From positions 1 through 64,000 of the IMG/VR virus record IMGVR_UViG_3300037258_000301: a DNA stretch of 64,000 nucleotides, one strand, 5' to 3'. Of the stretch, positions 44,737-54,867 are shown in pieces (the stretch's first letter is position 1; each line of letters begins with the position of its first letter). The DNA is from a virus. The position numbers were made by a program, and so were the translations under genes. A model generated the notes under the pieces. It made no database searches. It was given only the letters and a program-made list of their open reading frames with translations, and had not been told where the DNA came from.

Positions 44737-46936
44737 GCAGCATCCACATGAGGCATGGCAAAGCGCTGTATTCGGTTGCGCCCACATCAGTCAGCATCGC
44801 ACCCTTGCGCATCACCACGTTGCCACCCAGCACCTGGCAGATTTGCTTCGACCGATCTCTCGGGATGAGCAGGTGGCGCGCCTACGCACCATGGATGCCG
44901 GATTCGCTCATGACATGCAGGAGCGTCATCGCCCCTTCGATCCAGTAGCGGATGTGGTGCGTGGTGCTCGTACTTACAATCGTTCCCACGGCCTCGACGA
45001 TCCGCATTCGCTGCCCTACCACCAAGTGCGTACGACTTCCAACACCATCGACCGGGTGGGGAGCGCTTATGGTGCACTACCGGACTTTGACAAGCGTGCT
45101 ATCCCACATTTCCATGCTATGGGTGAAGAAGTAGGGCGTCAGTTCGACCACCTCACGCGTCCTCGCCATCAGGGGGGCATGGGCGTCAACGTCGAATCTG
45201 TTGATCACGATCCCTACGCCAACGTGCACGAGATGGTGCATGATCTGCGGAACAACAACCGTCTCCAGGTCATGGGCACTCACGTTACCGGCGGTCACCC
45301 GTACTTCTCCAACGATCAGAATGATCGATTCCGGGCAGTGCATGATGCTTTCGGCCATGCGGCGACCGGGCGTGGCTTTGATGCCAGCGGTGAGGAGGGT
45401 GCCTATCTCGCGCATTCTCGGATGTTCACCCACCATGCGCTACCGGCCATGCAGAGCGAAACGCGTGGCCAAAACGGCTTCGTACACCTCAACAATGACT
45501 TCGGACCGCAGAAGGTCGCGCTGCTACCCGAACATATCCGCAATATTCCCGTCATCGGCGCCACTCCGACCCAGCGTGTTGCGAAGGCTACCGACTGGGA
45601 CGAGTACCGCCGTATCCAGGATGCCCAGGATCGACGCTATGAGCGTCCTGGCATCGTCGGAGGCCAGGAAGAGCACGACCAGTTCTATGGCCGTGGCGAG
45701 CACGCTGGGGCTGGTACCGAGCACCGCCTGACACCGCAGGAGTGGATGCGGCACTCGCACGAGCCCAGCTTCGATGAACTCCCCCCGCAGGAGCACGAAT
45801 GGCATTGGGGCTATGACCTGGGGGCCCAGCACTCCCAGCACATCGACAACGGCGAGTTCGACCATGCCTACTCCGGTTCGGCACACCCCGACCACTTCTT
45901 CTCCGGCTACACCGAAGGGCTGAGTTCGGTTGCCTCAGCCAATCCACTGTCCACTCCGCAGGGCGTTGTCGCCCACGAGGAAGGTCGACAGAGCGTTCGG
46001 GACATCAACGGCACGCCGCTCTGCGACTGGCACGCCGACCGCGCCAAGGAGCTGATGGGGCTCTCCGACCAGATTGGCCGACAGACCGGCCTGATCGACG
46101 AGACGGAGCCCCACACCCACACCGAGACCCCGACCTACCCTGGCCAGTGCGCTGCCTGTGCGAGCGCTCAGGGGAAGAATGAGGGTCGCCCGTGGGAGGC
46201 TCCGCAGGGTGGTTTCCGGCCGTCCCCCATGAGCGAGCACCAGGTTTCGCAGCGCGCGTGGCCGAACAAGCCAAGAAGGACGGGACCCATGCCGCTGTTG
46301 CCGCAGTCGATGTCCTACCGCGTGGCCGTTCGTCGTGGTCAGGGAGTGCTCCCCCAGCGATCGGACGGTCTTCAACGGATAGCTCACCACATCAGCACGG
46401 ATATGCCCGATATAGTAGTTTTGCATAAATTGGCGCATGATTCCGGAGATGGGCAGACAATTCTGCATTGTCCGTTCTGTGGCTCAGGCCAGGTGATTGC
46501 TACTTCCGACGGCGGGGTGAATTGCGAGTTCTGTAAGGCCAGCTTTACGGTGCAAATTCAACCGCAGTACCCGGCTTTCCCACAGAGCATCGATGGTGCG
46601 CCCGTCAACGTGCCCGGCATGGGTCCGGACTTCTCGCCCTACGGTGGCACTCCACCCGGCGCAGAGGCCCCCATGCCGATGGATGGCGAGGAAGATGACA
46701 CCGACGAGGGCGACCCGATGGGTACCAACGCCGACGAGACCGAGCCGCCACCAGAAGATGATGAGGACGACGAGGACTCGAACAACAACGGGCCGATCAC
46801 CAAAAAGACCTATCGGACCATGACCGGAGTCCGACTTGATCGGGAGGCGTACCTCAGGCATCTCGCGCTGGCCTGTTCCCCTGATACCCAGCAGGTGCTA
46901 CGTCGTGTGCGCGCGGTGAACGGAACCGGCGCATGA
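44726..46936 (+). CDS. multi-domain His-rich head-region protein
   Basis: FRAVHDAFGH...GEE..Y..H...ETRGQN domain, CPFCGSG...CEFC Zn ribbon, acidic tail. Confidence 0.7.
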   Translation: MTIEQHPHEAWQSAVFGCAHISQHRTLAHHHVATQHLADLLRPISRDEQVARLRTMDAGFAHDMQERHRPFDPVADVVRGARTYNRSHGLDDPHSLPYHQVRTTSNTIDRVGSAYGALPDFDKRAIPHFHAMGEEVGRQFDHLTRPRHQGGMGVNVESVDHDPYANVHEMVHDLRNNNRLQVMGTHVTGGHPYFSNDQNDRFRAVHDAFGHAATGRGFDASGEEGAYLAHSRMFTHHALPAMQSETRGQNGFVHLNNDFGPQKVALLPEHIRNIPVIGATPTQRVAKATDWDEYRRIQDAQDRRYERPGIVGGQEEHDQFYGRGEHAGAGTEHRLTPQEWMRHSHEPSFDELPPQEHEWHWGYDLGAQHSQHIDNGEFDHAYSGSAHPDHFFSGYTEGLSSVASANPLSTPQGVVAHEEGRQSVRDINGTPLCDWHADRAKELMGLSDQIGRQTGLIDETEPHTHTETPTYPGQCAACASAQGKNEGRPWEAPQGGFRPSPMSEHQVSQRAWPNKPRRTGPMPLLPQSMSYRVAVRRGQGVLPQRSDGLQRIAHHISTDMPDIVVLHKLAHDSGDGQTILHCPFCGSGQVIATSDGGVNCEFCKASFTVQIQPQYPAFPQSIDGAPVNVPGMGPDFSPYGGTPPGAEAPMPMDGEEDDTDEGDPMGTNADETEPPPEDDEDDEDSNNNGPITKKTYRTMTGVRLDREAYLRHLALACSPDTQQVLRRVRAVNGTGA

Positions 46937-49188
46937 GCGAACCGTTTAAGGTCAGTGACCGCCGAGGCCGCATCGTCGTTGGCCAATCCGTTGATGATGC
47001 GAAGAAGATGGCCAGCGACGCCACCGATTTGATGCGTCGCACTTTTGGCGACACCAATCCATACACTCAAGCGTTCTCTCGCAACCAGTCCACCGACCAG
47101 GTGGTCGATGAGATGCGACTGAATCGGCGCGTTGCCTCGATGCAGAAACGCGGCATGGGTGTCGGTGGCGTCAACGGTGCGTTCGGAGCCGGGGCCAATG
47201 TCTCCTTTGCGACCGGACGTCCCCGCGATCCGCTGTTCTATTGGCGAGAGAACAATCTCCCGTACGACATCACCAAAGACTCAGAGCTCAAAAAGATCAG
47301 AGCATTTTGTTCACTCCTGTATCTGACCCACCCGATCATCGCGTCCTGTATCGACATCTTCACAAAGTTCCCCTTGCAGGGTATGGAGATTCGGTGCTCG
47401 AAGGATGAGCAGATCGAGGAGTTCTACAACAACCTGTTCTTCGATGAGTTGGGGTACCGCAACTATCTCGTCGATGTGAGCCACCAGCGCTGGCTGCTCG
47501 GCGAGGCATGGCCGTTGGGGTCATTCAACGAGACCTTGGGTGTGTGGGAGGGCGAGGAGCTGCTCAATCCCGATGACGTCGAGGTAGAGCGTTCTGCCCT
47601 GGTCAAGGATCCCCGCTTCCTCATCCGGCTGCCTGAGACCCTGCGGAAGGTGCTTCAGGAGCGTTCGCCGCGCTGGGAGTACAACTCGCTGATCAAGAAC
47701 TATCCAGAGTTGCAGTCCTACGCGGCCGAAGACTCCCTGATGCCGGTCTCGAACATGCTGCTCAAGCAGATCCGGTTCAAGGCAGACACGTTCCACAAGC
47801 GTGGCATTCCGATCCTCATGCGGGCCTTCCGCTCCGTGGTGCAGGAGGAGATGCTCAACGCTGCTCTGGATGCCATTGCCGACCGGCTCTACACCCCGCT
47901 GATCCTGGTACGTCTTGGCGCGTCGGCTTCAGATCTGGGAACTGAAGTTCCGTGGATCCCCACCCAGGGTGATCTGGAGACCTTCGAAGAGGCCATGGAC
48001 GCCGCCTTGGCTGGCGACTTCCGAGTACTGGTCAACCACTTCGCCACCGACATCACCTCGGTGTTCGGACGAGAGAACATGCCCGACCTCTCCGGCGACT
48101 TCGACCGCATCACCGATCGGCTTCTCCAGGTGTTTGGTATCAGTCAAACCATGCTCAACGGTGCAGAATCGGGCGAAACGTACGCGGCTGATGCTCTGAA
48201 TCGCGACATGATGGCCACCCTGCTCACCGATCACCAACTTCAACTTCAGAACTTCTTCGATGATCGCGCTCGGATCGTGGCGGAGGCACAGGAGCACTAC
48301 GACTTCGAGGTCCGGGGCGGTATCCGGTACGTCAAGATGGAGGAAGTCCTCAAGGTCGATGAGGAGACCGGCGAGGAGACCATCGTCGAGCAGCCCAAAC
48401 TGCTGGTCCCCGAACTGTGCTTCGCCACCATGACCCTCTCCGACAAGCAGACCGAACGAGCCTTCCGCGAGGAACTCGTCCAGGGCGGTGTGCCGCTGAC
48501 CATCAAGTCCCGCATCGTCGGCATGGGCATCGACTTCGATCAGATGCTGGAGGAGAAGCAGAACGAGCAGGTTCGACTGGCCGTTGCCGAGCAGGAAACC
48601 CGGCGAGAGACGTTCAAAGCCCTACGGGATCAGCGTCTGCCGATCCCCGTTGATCTCCAGTCCGACTTCCAGCCCGTGGCCAAGCAGCCCGGCCAGCCAC
48701 TCAATCCGGCTCAGGATGCCGCACTGCCACTATTGGGGGCGCAACCCCAGGATCTGCCGGCGTTGGCCCCGACGATGGACGATCAGACGATGGAAGACCA
48801 GCAGGATGCCCCCGGTCCGCAAGACCAGGATGGTCCGAGCCCGATGATGCTGATGCCGATGAACGCGGTACCCCAGGATGGGGATCAACGACCGCCAGAA
48901 TCTGACGAGCAGAGGCAAGGCATGCCTAAGCCGGCACGCAAATACCTCTCACAGAAGATCTCGAAGACGGCCCAGGCCGACTATGACCGGCAGATACGTG
49001 GCCAGATCCATGAGGCCACCCTCAAGCACTATGAGGCACCGGACAACTCCGAGGAAGACCAGGATCGTCCCGAGCATTGGCAGCCGACCGGTAAGTTCGC
49101 CGGGCCGGCACATCTCGGGATGCGTCAGCATGTCCAGATCCCCGAGTCGATGATCTGGCGCGACGAGGATGATGGCGAGACCACGTAA
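46933..49188 (+). CDS. portal protein
   Basis: 751 aa; RPRDPLFYW...NLPY, HPIIASCIDI, LLNPDDV, RGIPILMRAFR pattern of Bxz1-like portals; position. Confidence 0.8.
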   Translation: MSEPFKVSDRRGRIVVGQSVDDAKKMASDATDLMRRTFGDTNPYTQAFSRNQSTDQVVDEMRLNRRVASMQKRGMGVGGVNGAFGAGANVSFATGRPRDPLFYWRENNLPYDITKDSELKKIRAFCSLLYLTHPIIASCIDIFTKFPLQGMEIRCSKDEQIEEFYNNLFFDELGYRNYLVDVSHQRWLLGEAWPLGSFNETLGVWEGEELLNPDDVEVERSALVKDPRFLIRLPETLRKVLQERSPRWEYNSLIKNYPELQSYAAEDSLMPVSNMLLKQIRFKADTFHKRGIPILMRAFRSVVQEEMLNAALDAIADRLYTPLILVRLGASASDLGTEVPWIPTQGDLETFEEAMDAALAGDFRVLVNHFATDITSVFGRENMPDLSGDFDRITDRLLQVFGISQTMLNGAESGETYAADALNRDMMATLLTDHQLQLQNFFDDRARIVAEAQEHYDFEVRGGIRYVKMEEVLKVDEETGEETIVEQPKLLVPELCFATMTLSDKQTERAFREELVQGGVPLTIKSRIVGMGIDFDQMLEEKQNEQVRLAVAEQETRRETFKALRDQRLPIPVDLQSDFQPVAKQPGQPLNPAQDAALPLLGAQPQDLPALAPTMDDQTMEDQQDAPGPQDQDGPSPMMLMPMNAVPQDGDQRPPESDEQRQGMPKPARKYLSQKISKTAQADYDRQIRGQIHEATLKHYEAPDNSEEDQDRPEHWQPTGKFAGPAHLGMRQHVQIPESMIWRDEDDGETT

Positions 49189-49238
49189 CTACTGGTGGCC
49201 TTCTCTCGGGGACCCCGTAATCAGTGAGGAGGCCCATC

Positions 49239-49571
49239 ATGAGCCTGGGAGCGCGTACGGCCCGACACGACACCGTAGGGAGCCGGCACGAGGCCGTCCA
49301 TCCCGAGGACTATGCCGACTTCGCCGTGCAACAGCACGTGCGCACCCTCGACGGGCTGCTGGGCGTCGTCACGGCGGTCAATGACGGGCCTGTCGAGGGG
49401 TATGAGGATTACACCGTCACTCTGGACAAAGGCATGGGTGTCGGTACCTACACCAGTTCTCAGCTCAGTGCCGTCGGTGAGCCTGGTGAGGTCGGGCATA
49501 CTGCCGTGTCGGATTATCCTGAACTTGGCACGATCCTGACCGATCGGCCCGACCCCGCCAAGGAGAGCTGA
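49239..49571 (+). CDS. hypothetical head-region protein
   Basis: GAGGAGG RBS. Confidence 0.7.
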   Translation: MSLGARTARHDTVGSRHEAVHPEDYADFAVQQHVRTLDGLLGVVTAVNDGPVEGYEDYTVTLDKGMGVGTYTSSQLSAVGEPGEVGHTAVSDYPELGTILTDRPDPAKES

Positions 49572-49754
49572 ATGGATCCTTTGGTGCGGGTGGCCTACGA
49601 GGGGTACGGCGAGCACACCCATTGGCTGACCTTCGACGGCCGACCTATGCCCTCCTGGGCCGCGCTGACCCCTCGTACGAGGGATGCCTGGGCGGCTGCC
49701 ATTGAGGCCGTACTGAAAGCACAGGGCGGAGAGACGGATGTGGCACCCCTCTGA
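49572..49754 (+). CDS. small phage protein
   Basis: AYE.Y...G.PMPSW..L...AW motif. Confidence 0.65.
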   Translation: MDPLVRVAYEGYGEHTHWLTFDGRPMPSWAALTPRTRDAWAAAIEAVLKAQGGETDVAPL

Positions 49755-52700
49755 TCGGCTGTTCGCGCACTACGCGGCCGAGCAACCACAGGAGAGTGAG
49801 CCCGTCGCGGACGTCTCCGACCTGCCGCACACGTGCTCCTACTGTGGCTCCCAGGAGTTCGAGCAGCCCGAAGACACCGGGCGCGGTCTGCGGGCCATCT
49901 GCTCGGCCTGTGGGGGCGCCATGCTGCGCACCGAGGATGGTCAGTGGAGTCCGGCCGGTCTGAACGCCACCCACAACCACCCGCGCCCGGATGGTGACCC
50001 CGCTTCCGGTGGTGTCGGGGGCGCCGCGAACGTCGGTGTGGACCCGGACCGGATGAACGACGCTTCGGCCCGGCATGGATCACTCGACGTGATAGCGGCG
50101 CGCGCGTACCAGGACGATCCCTACGTCATGGCGAAGCCGGGCGACAAGGTACCGTGCCCGACCTGTGACGGCCACGGATCCTACGAGGAAGACGAACCCA
50201 AATCGGACGGGCAGGTCGCGCGCGAAGGTATCCCCGACGACGCCCCCGAGGGGGACTTCTACAACACCGTCACCAAGCCGTGCGAAGACTGCGATGAGCG
50301 TGGCTACCACGTACGCCAGACCGACCGGGAAGAGTTGGATACGGCCCGCGCCGAGGGCAACACTCAGTACGTCAAGGACTTCACCGAGAAGCACGAGGAC
50401 GAACCACACCCGGACCGCGTCAAGATGCCCTCCTGCCCGCCGGAGTGCCGCTTCCCGACAGCCCGCCGGGTTCACACACCCAAGCTGAGCGCGCTGAACG
50501 ACGAAGTTCCGTGGTGCGCACACCTCTACCACGGCAACTGCACCTACCCGGGCGACAAGCTGCCCAACGGCACCGTCCTCGGCATCCCGCAGGACCGGGG
50601 CCCGTGCCCGTGGAAGCACAACGCCTTCCAGCAGGCCGCGTGCCCGATCTCCGCGCCGGGCCCGATGGCCGTCATGCAGGTTAGTGCGGCACTGCACGAG
50701 GCGATGCCGTCACGTAAGCATCCGGCACCTGAGGACTTGTCCTACGACACCTATCACCCGAAGCCGGGCGAGCAGTACTTCGACGAGGCCGAAGAGAGCA
50801 ATCCCGGCTGGTCCCACCATCTGCTTCGGGCTCACCGCTCCAGCGTGGATGTTGGCGGGTCGCAACCGCACATGGTTGGCAGCGTCTACTACAGCCACCA
50901 GCCCGACGGTCCCGTGCCGATGGTCAAGGTGCACAAAATGCTCGTCGGCCACCAGTATCGCAGTCAGGGCGTGGCCAGCGCGATGCAGGACGAGTTGCAT
51001 CGCCAGTATCCGGGTCACTTCATCGACCACGGGGATCGGACGGCGGACGGCCACGGCTGGGCCTCCCAGTACGAGGCGCCCTCAGATCACATCATGTCGC
51101 AGGTAACCGGGATGATGAAGATTGTGGCGTTCTCCTGGGACGAGATCGGTGATCGTCACCCGCACATCTACGGTGACTCCGAGATTCACGGAGAAGCCGC
51201 CGATGGGGCCGACGGTCCCGGTATCGGTGACGCGGCGAACTACCTCGCGCACGAACGTCCCGACGATCCTGACGCCGAGCACCACTCGGTGTACGACATG
51301 GACTTTCATGAGGAGCACGTCGACCCGCGACACATCGACTACTCCCCTTCCGGCCGTGACGACTACCGGGTCAGTCATGCGATGGAGGGATACCGTGAAC
51401 ATCCCGACACAATGCCGCCGCTGGTGCTGGTCAAACGCCACCACGTCTACCAGGTCGCCGACGGCCACCACCGGGCCGAAGCCGCCGACGCGGTAGGGGC
51501 TCACGTGCGTGCCTATGTGGCTCACTCGCCCTATCCCGACGAGCCTTTCCGGGACGGCGAGAAGGGGCCTTTCCATCGCGCGGAACCGATCGATGAGGCT
51601 CTGCACCACGAGGCCGCCTGGGCCGACGTACGGAACAAGGCCAAGAGGATCAGGCGTGAAGGCGGCGTTACCATCGTCGTCGCCTCGACCGACGGGGTGG
51701 CCGGCGAGGTCCGGGGCGACACGCACGTCTACGAGACCGCGATCACCTGGGTGCCCGGCACCACCCGCACCGCCTACTGGACCTGTGGGTGCATGTACGG
51801 CGCTTACGCGCACGGTCCCCGCTGGGATGATCGGCCGTGTAGCCACGTGCTGGCCATGCGCTTCGAGGCCCAGTCCCGTTCGGCCCACGGTCGAGAGATC
51901 GAAGTCGACCAGAAACGCCCGGAGTGGCTCAAGCCGCAGACTTCAGTCATGGTGCAGTACGAACGGCCGAGCGAGGATCATCCGCAGGGTCGTGACCTGA
52001 CTCGTCGGGCCGTGCCGCCGGGCAATATGCGATCCACCTGGGATTCCCGATCCCGCACGAGGAGGTCTTCCTTGGAACGCACAGCGGCCATCGCGCAGGC
52101 CCAGGCCATGTTCGCCGAGGACCAGGACCCGGCCGAGGTCATCGAGCAGCTCGTGGCTACGGGTGCGACGCGCCTGGAGGCCCAGGTCGTCGTATTGGCC
52201 GCACGTGGTCGCATGGCCATCGTGCACACCGGCAAGCGATGCCCCGAATGCGGCGCTGAGCTGGACTCCACGGCTGGCCAGTGTGATGAGTGCGGTGCGG
52301 TGCTCGCGGACCGCAGCATCACGCACAGGGCCTCTTGGGGTGATGACGAGCAGCGGTGCCCGCACTGTGGTGGCTACATCGGTCCGTCGGCGTTCAAGGT
52401 CGGGAAATGCCCGCACTGCGGTCACGCGCTGGCCCACAAGACTGGTGCCGCTGACCATGGAGTGTGGTACCACGGTGCCCCTCCTGAGCGCGCAGAACAA
52501 GTACGACGAGAGGGTCTACCGAAATCCTACGGTGGCGAGTACGACCTGCGCCTGACCAGCTCTCCGCAACAGGCCAAGATCTATGGCGACATGCCTGGAC
52601 ATGGGGCGAACGCCACCGTCTTCGAGTTCCACATTCCGCACAACCATCCGGCCCTGCATCCGGTCTACGAGCACAACCTGTTCGATGAGCGCGCCCATGG

Positions 52701-54687
52701 CGTTGCCCTGAAGCAACCGCTGGGCCCTGAATACATCGCCGCCGAGCACAAGGGCACCGATCACATCGCAGCAGCCATTCCGCCCGGCTACGAGGGCGCG
52801 CAGGGGCCGTTCGAGGACGAGTACAGCGAACCACACGTCTACGCGCGTGACATCCACAGCGGCGCCGGCAACTGTGTGTGCGGGGGTGGGCTCGGTGACT
52901 CCATCCACCTCCAGGCCGCGCCCGGCGTCGATGTGCCCGAGCACCAGAGGACCGCTTCCAGCGATCTCGACTACCGCCCACACCGCACTCAGGATGCCCG
53001 CTCAGACGCGCCCATCTTCGGCAAGGGGGTCGACGACTGGGGCCTGACCCTGGTTGACTGCCCGCAATGCGGTGGACAGTCCGGTTGCGGCCACTGCGGG
53101 GGGACCGGGCAAGTGATCTCCACCGGCGACACCACGGCCAACCCGACCCCCGACCAGAACCCGGTGGCCGGCGACACCATCCGCGAGGATGGCATCTCCG
53201 ACACCAGCGCACTGCATCATGAGGCGATGAATGACTACGCCGATCCGATCAGGGGCAAAGTAGGTCCGAAAGTAAATCGGGTCAAGGGTTCGCAGGTACA
53301 ACCGGGGCACGTCATTCCCATGCGGCCCGATCCGTACAACGTAGGCGATTCGTATGCATGGCAGGAAGTTGCTCATAAGGAGCGTTGGCCAGAGGGCAAT
53401 AACTACAAGATCACGAACTCCTCTGGCTCGCACTACACCGTGGTGAGTCCTCACGAGTACGTGCAAGTTCATTCCGATACAGGGCCTGAGCACACGGCGG
53501 CCAAGACGCAATCGGGCCCTTCGGTTGCTGGAGTTGCTCTCAAGGCCGCTGACACGGGCCGCATCCTGATGCTCCAACGCGGCCTGGAGGACGAGAAGGA
53601 CCCGGCACGCGGTCTATGGGAGCATCCCGGTGGCCACATCGAGCCCGGCGACAAGACCACCCTCCATGCTGGACTCAGGGAGTGGGAAGAAGAGGTTGGT
53701 CAGCCCTTCCCCGAGGGTGGCGTTGTTACTCACGCCTGGACGAGTCCGAACGGTGTCTATCAGGGCCATGTGGTGGTGATTCCCCGCGAGCGCGACCTGG
53801 TCATGCATGACGGTCGGGTAGTGCCGAACCCGGATGACCCCAAGGGGGACAAGGCGGAACAAGCGGCCTGGTGGCATCCTGATCATGCCCGGAAGAACCC
53901 AGCCCTGCGGCCCGAGGTCAAGGCCACTCCCTGGAACAAGATCAAGGAGGCTGGAGTCGACGCCGGCCTGAAGGTCGCCGCATTGCTCTCACGTGAAGGC
54001 GCCGCGTGGGACAGCCTGTACTCATTGGAGGAGAGCCAGCCGGTCACACCGCCGCCGCACTCGAACAGCGAGAACCCGGCCAGTACCGGCTTCCTCACCA
54101 ACCAGGATCCCGCTTCCTGGTCCGAGGTCACCAAGAAGCCGCATCACTTGCTGCCGGCCGACTCGCTGGACTCACCGCTGGCCACACTGCACTCCGTACC
54201 CGAGGGCGCACTCCCGTTCACTGACGGAGACGCCGAGGACTCCACGTCGGGCACCGAGGACCCCTACAACAGCCAGACCGATACCGAATCGCTCGACGGG
54301 GACACCGACACCATCCCGGATGCGGAGATGGAAGGCTCTCCCATGGAGAATCTGGGCGGGACAGCCAAGCGTTCGGTCGCGGAGATCGTCGAGCAGTTCC
54401 AGCGCACGGCGGGGGCGGTAGCACTTCAGTCCGGTAGCGAAGGAGGTAGTGACGTGGGATTCTCCGACGGTGAGATCGCGGCCAAGGCCAAAGAGCGGCT
54501 GGCCGGCATGAGCAAGACCGCACTCAAGAACTTCAGCTTCGCCGAGCAGCAGGAACTGATCGGAGAGGGGCAGGGTTCCCGGGCCAGGAATTTTGGGGAC
54601 CTATCCCTCTCCGGAACGCACTATGAGGCGCTCCAACAGGCATTGGACACTGCCGGAGTGAACGATGACGACATTCTGATCCTGTGA
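49738..54687 (+). CDS. 1649-aa polyvalent protein: Zn ribbons, GNAT-like, ParB/Srx-like, SWIM, ADP-ribosyltransferase-like, Nudix
   Basis: V.HQYRSQGVASAM; PPLVLV...VADGHHRAEAA; WTCGC...CSHVLA; WYHG...GL...LTSSP..A..Y; PGGHIEPGD...GLREWEEEVG. Confidence 0.8.
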   Translation: MWHPSDRLFAHYAAEQPQESEPVADVSDLPHTCSYCGSQEFEQPEDTGRGLRAICSACGGAMLRTEDGQWSPAGLNATHNHPRPDGDPASGGVGGAANVGVDPDRMNDASARHGSLDVIAARAYQDDPYVMAKPGDKVPCPTCDGHGSYEEDEPKSDGQVAREGIPDDAPEGDFYNTVTKPCEDCDERGYHVRQTDREELDTARAEGNTQYVKDFTEKHEDEPHPDRVKMPSCPPECRFPTARRVHTPKLSALNDEVPWCAHLYHGNCTYPGDKLPNGTVLGIPQDRGPCPWKHNAFQQAACPISAPGPMAVMQVSAALHEAMPSRKHPAPEDLSYDTYHPKPGEQYFDEAEESNPGWSHHLLRAHRSSVDVGGSQPHMVGSVYYSHQPDGPVPMVKVHKMLVGHQYRSQGVASAMQDELHRQYPGHFIDHGDRTADGHGWASQYEAPSDHIMSQVTGMMKIVAFSWDEIGDRHPHIYGDSEIHGEAADGADGPGIGDAANYLAHERPDDPDAEHHSVYDMDFHEEHVDPRHIDYSPSGRDDYRVSHAMEGYREHPDTMPPLVLVKRHHVYQVADGHHRAEAADAVGAHVRAYVAHSPYPDEPFRDGEKGPFHRAEPIDEALHHEAAWADVRNKAKRIRREGGVTIVVASTDGVAGEVRGDTHVYETAITWVPGTTRTAYWTCGCMYGAYAHGPRWDDRPCSHVLAMRFEAQSRSAHGREIEVDQKRPEWLKPQTSVMVQYERPSEDHPQGRDLTRRAVPPGNMRSTWDSRSRTRRSSLERTAAIAQAQAMFAEDQDPAEVIEQLVATGATRLEAQVVVLAARGRMAIVHTGKRCPECGAELDSTAGQCDECGAVLADRSITHRASWGDDEQRCPHCGGYIGPSAFKVGKCPHCGHALAHKTGAADHGVWYHGAPPERAEQVRREGLPKSYGGEYDLRLTSSPQQAKIYGDMPGHGANATVFEFHIPHNHPALHPVYEHNLFDERAHGVALKQPLGPEYIAAEHKGTDHIAAAIPPGYEGAQGPFEDEYSEPHVYARDIHSGAGNCVCGGGLGDSIHLQAAPGVDVPEHQRTASSDLDYRPHRTQDARSDAPIFGKGVDDWGLTLVDCPQCGGQSGCGHCGGTGQVISTGDTTANPTPDQNPVAGDTIREDGISDTSALHHEAMNDYADPIRGKVGPKVNRVKGSQVQPGHVIPMRPDPYNVGDSYAWQEVAHKERWPEGNNYKITNSSGSHYTVVSPHEYVQVHSDTGPEHTAAKTQSGPSVAGVALKAADTGRILMLQRGLEDEKDPARGLWEHPGGHIEPGDKTTLHAGLREWEEEVGQPFPEGGVVTHAWTSPNGVYQGHVVVIPRERDLVMHDGRVVPNPDDPKGDKAEQAAWWHPDHARKNPALRPEVKATPWNKIKEAGVDAGLKVAALLSREGAAWDSLYSLEESQPVTPPPHSNSENPASTGFLTNQDPASWSEVTKKPHHLLPADSLDSPLATLHSVPEGALPFTDGDAEDSTSGTEDPYNSQTDTESLDGDTDTIPDAEMEGSPMENLGGTAKRSVAEIVEQFQRTAGAVALQSGSEGGSDVGFSDGEIAAKAKERLAGMSKTALKNFSFAEQQELIGEGQGSRARNFGDLSLSGTHYEALQQALDTAGVNDDDILIL

Positions 54688-54867
54688 GGGGTACGTGACC
54701 GGGAAACACCGCAAGGACAAGTCCAGGAGTTCTCGGATCTCGTCCCGTGAAGAGCAGGACCAAGTTGCCAAGATGACAGAGGAGGAACTCAAGGCTGAAG
54801 AGGACAAGCTTCTCTTCCCACCGAAGGATGGCACGCTCGACCAATAGTTCGTCGAATAGGACATTTC

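Noticed and set aside
43224-46936. Terminase upstream of portal
   Set aside because: No Walker A/B or RNase H-like motifs in these ORFs; terminase must lie outside the window
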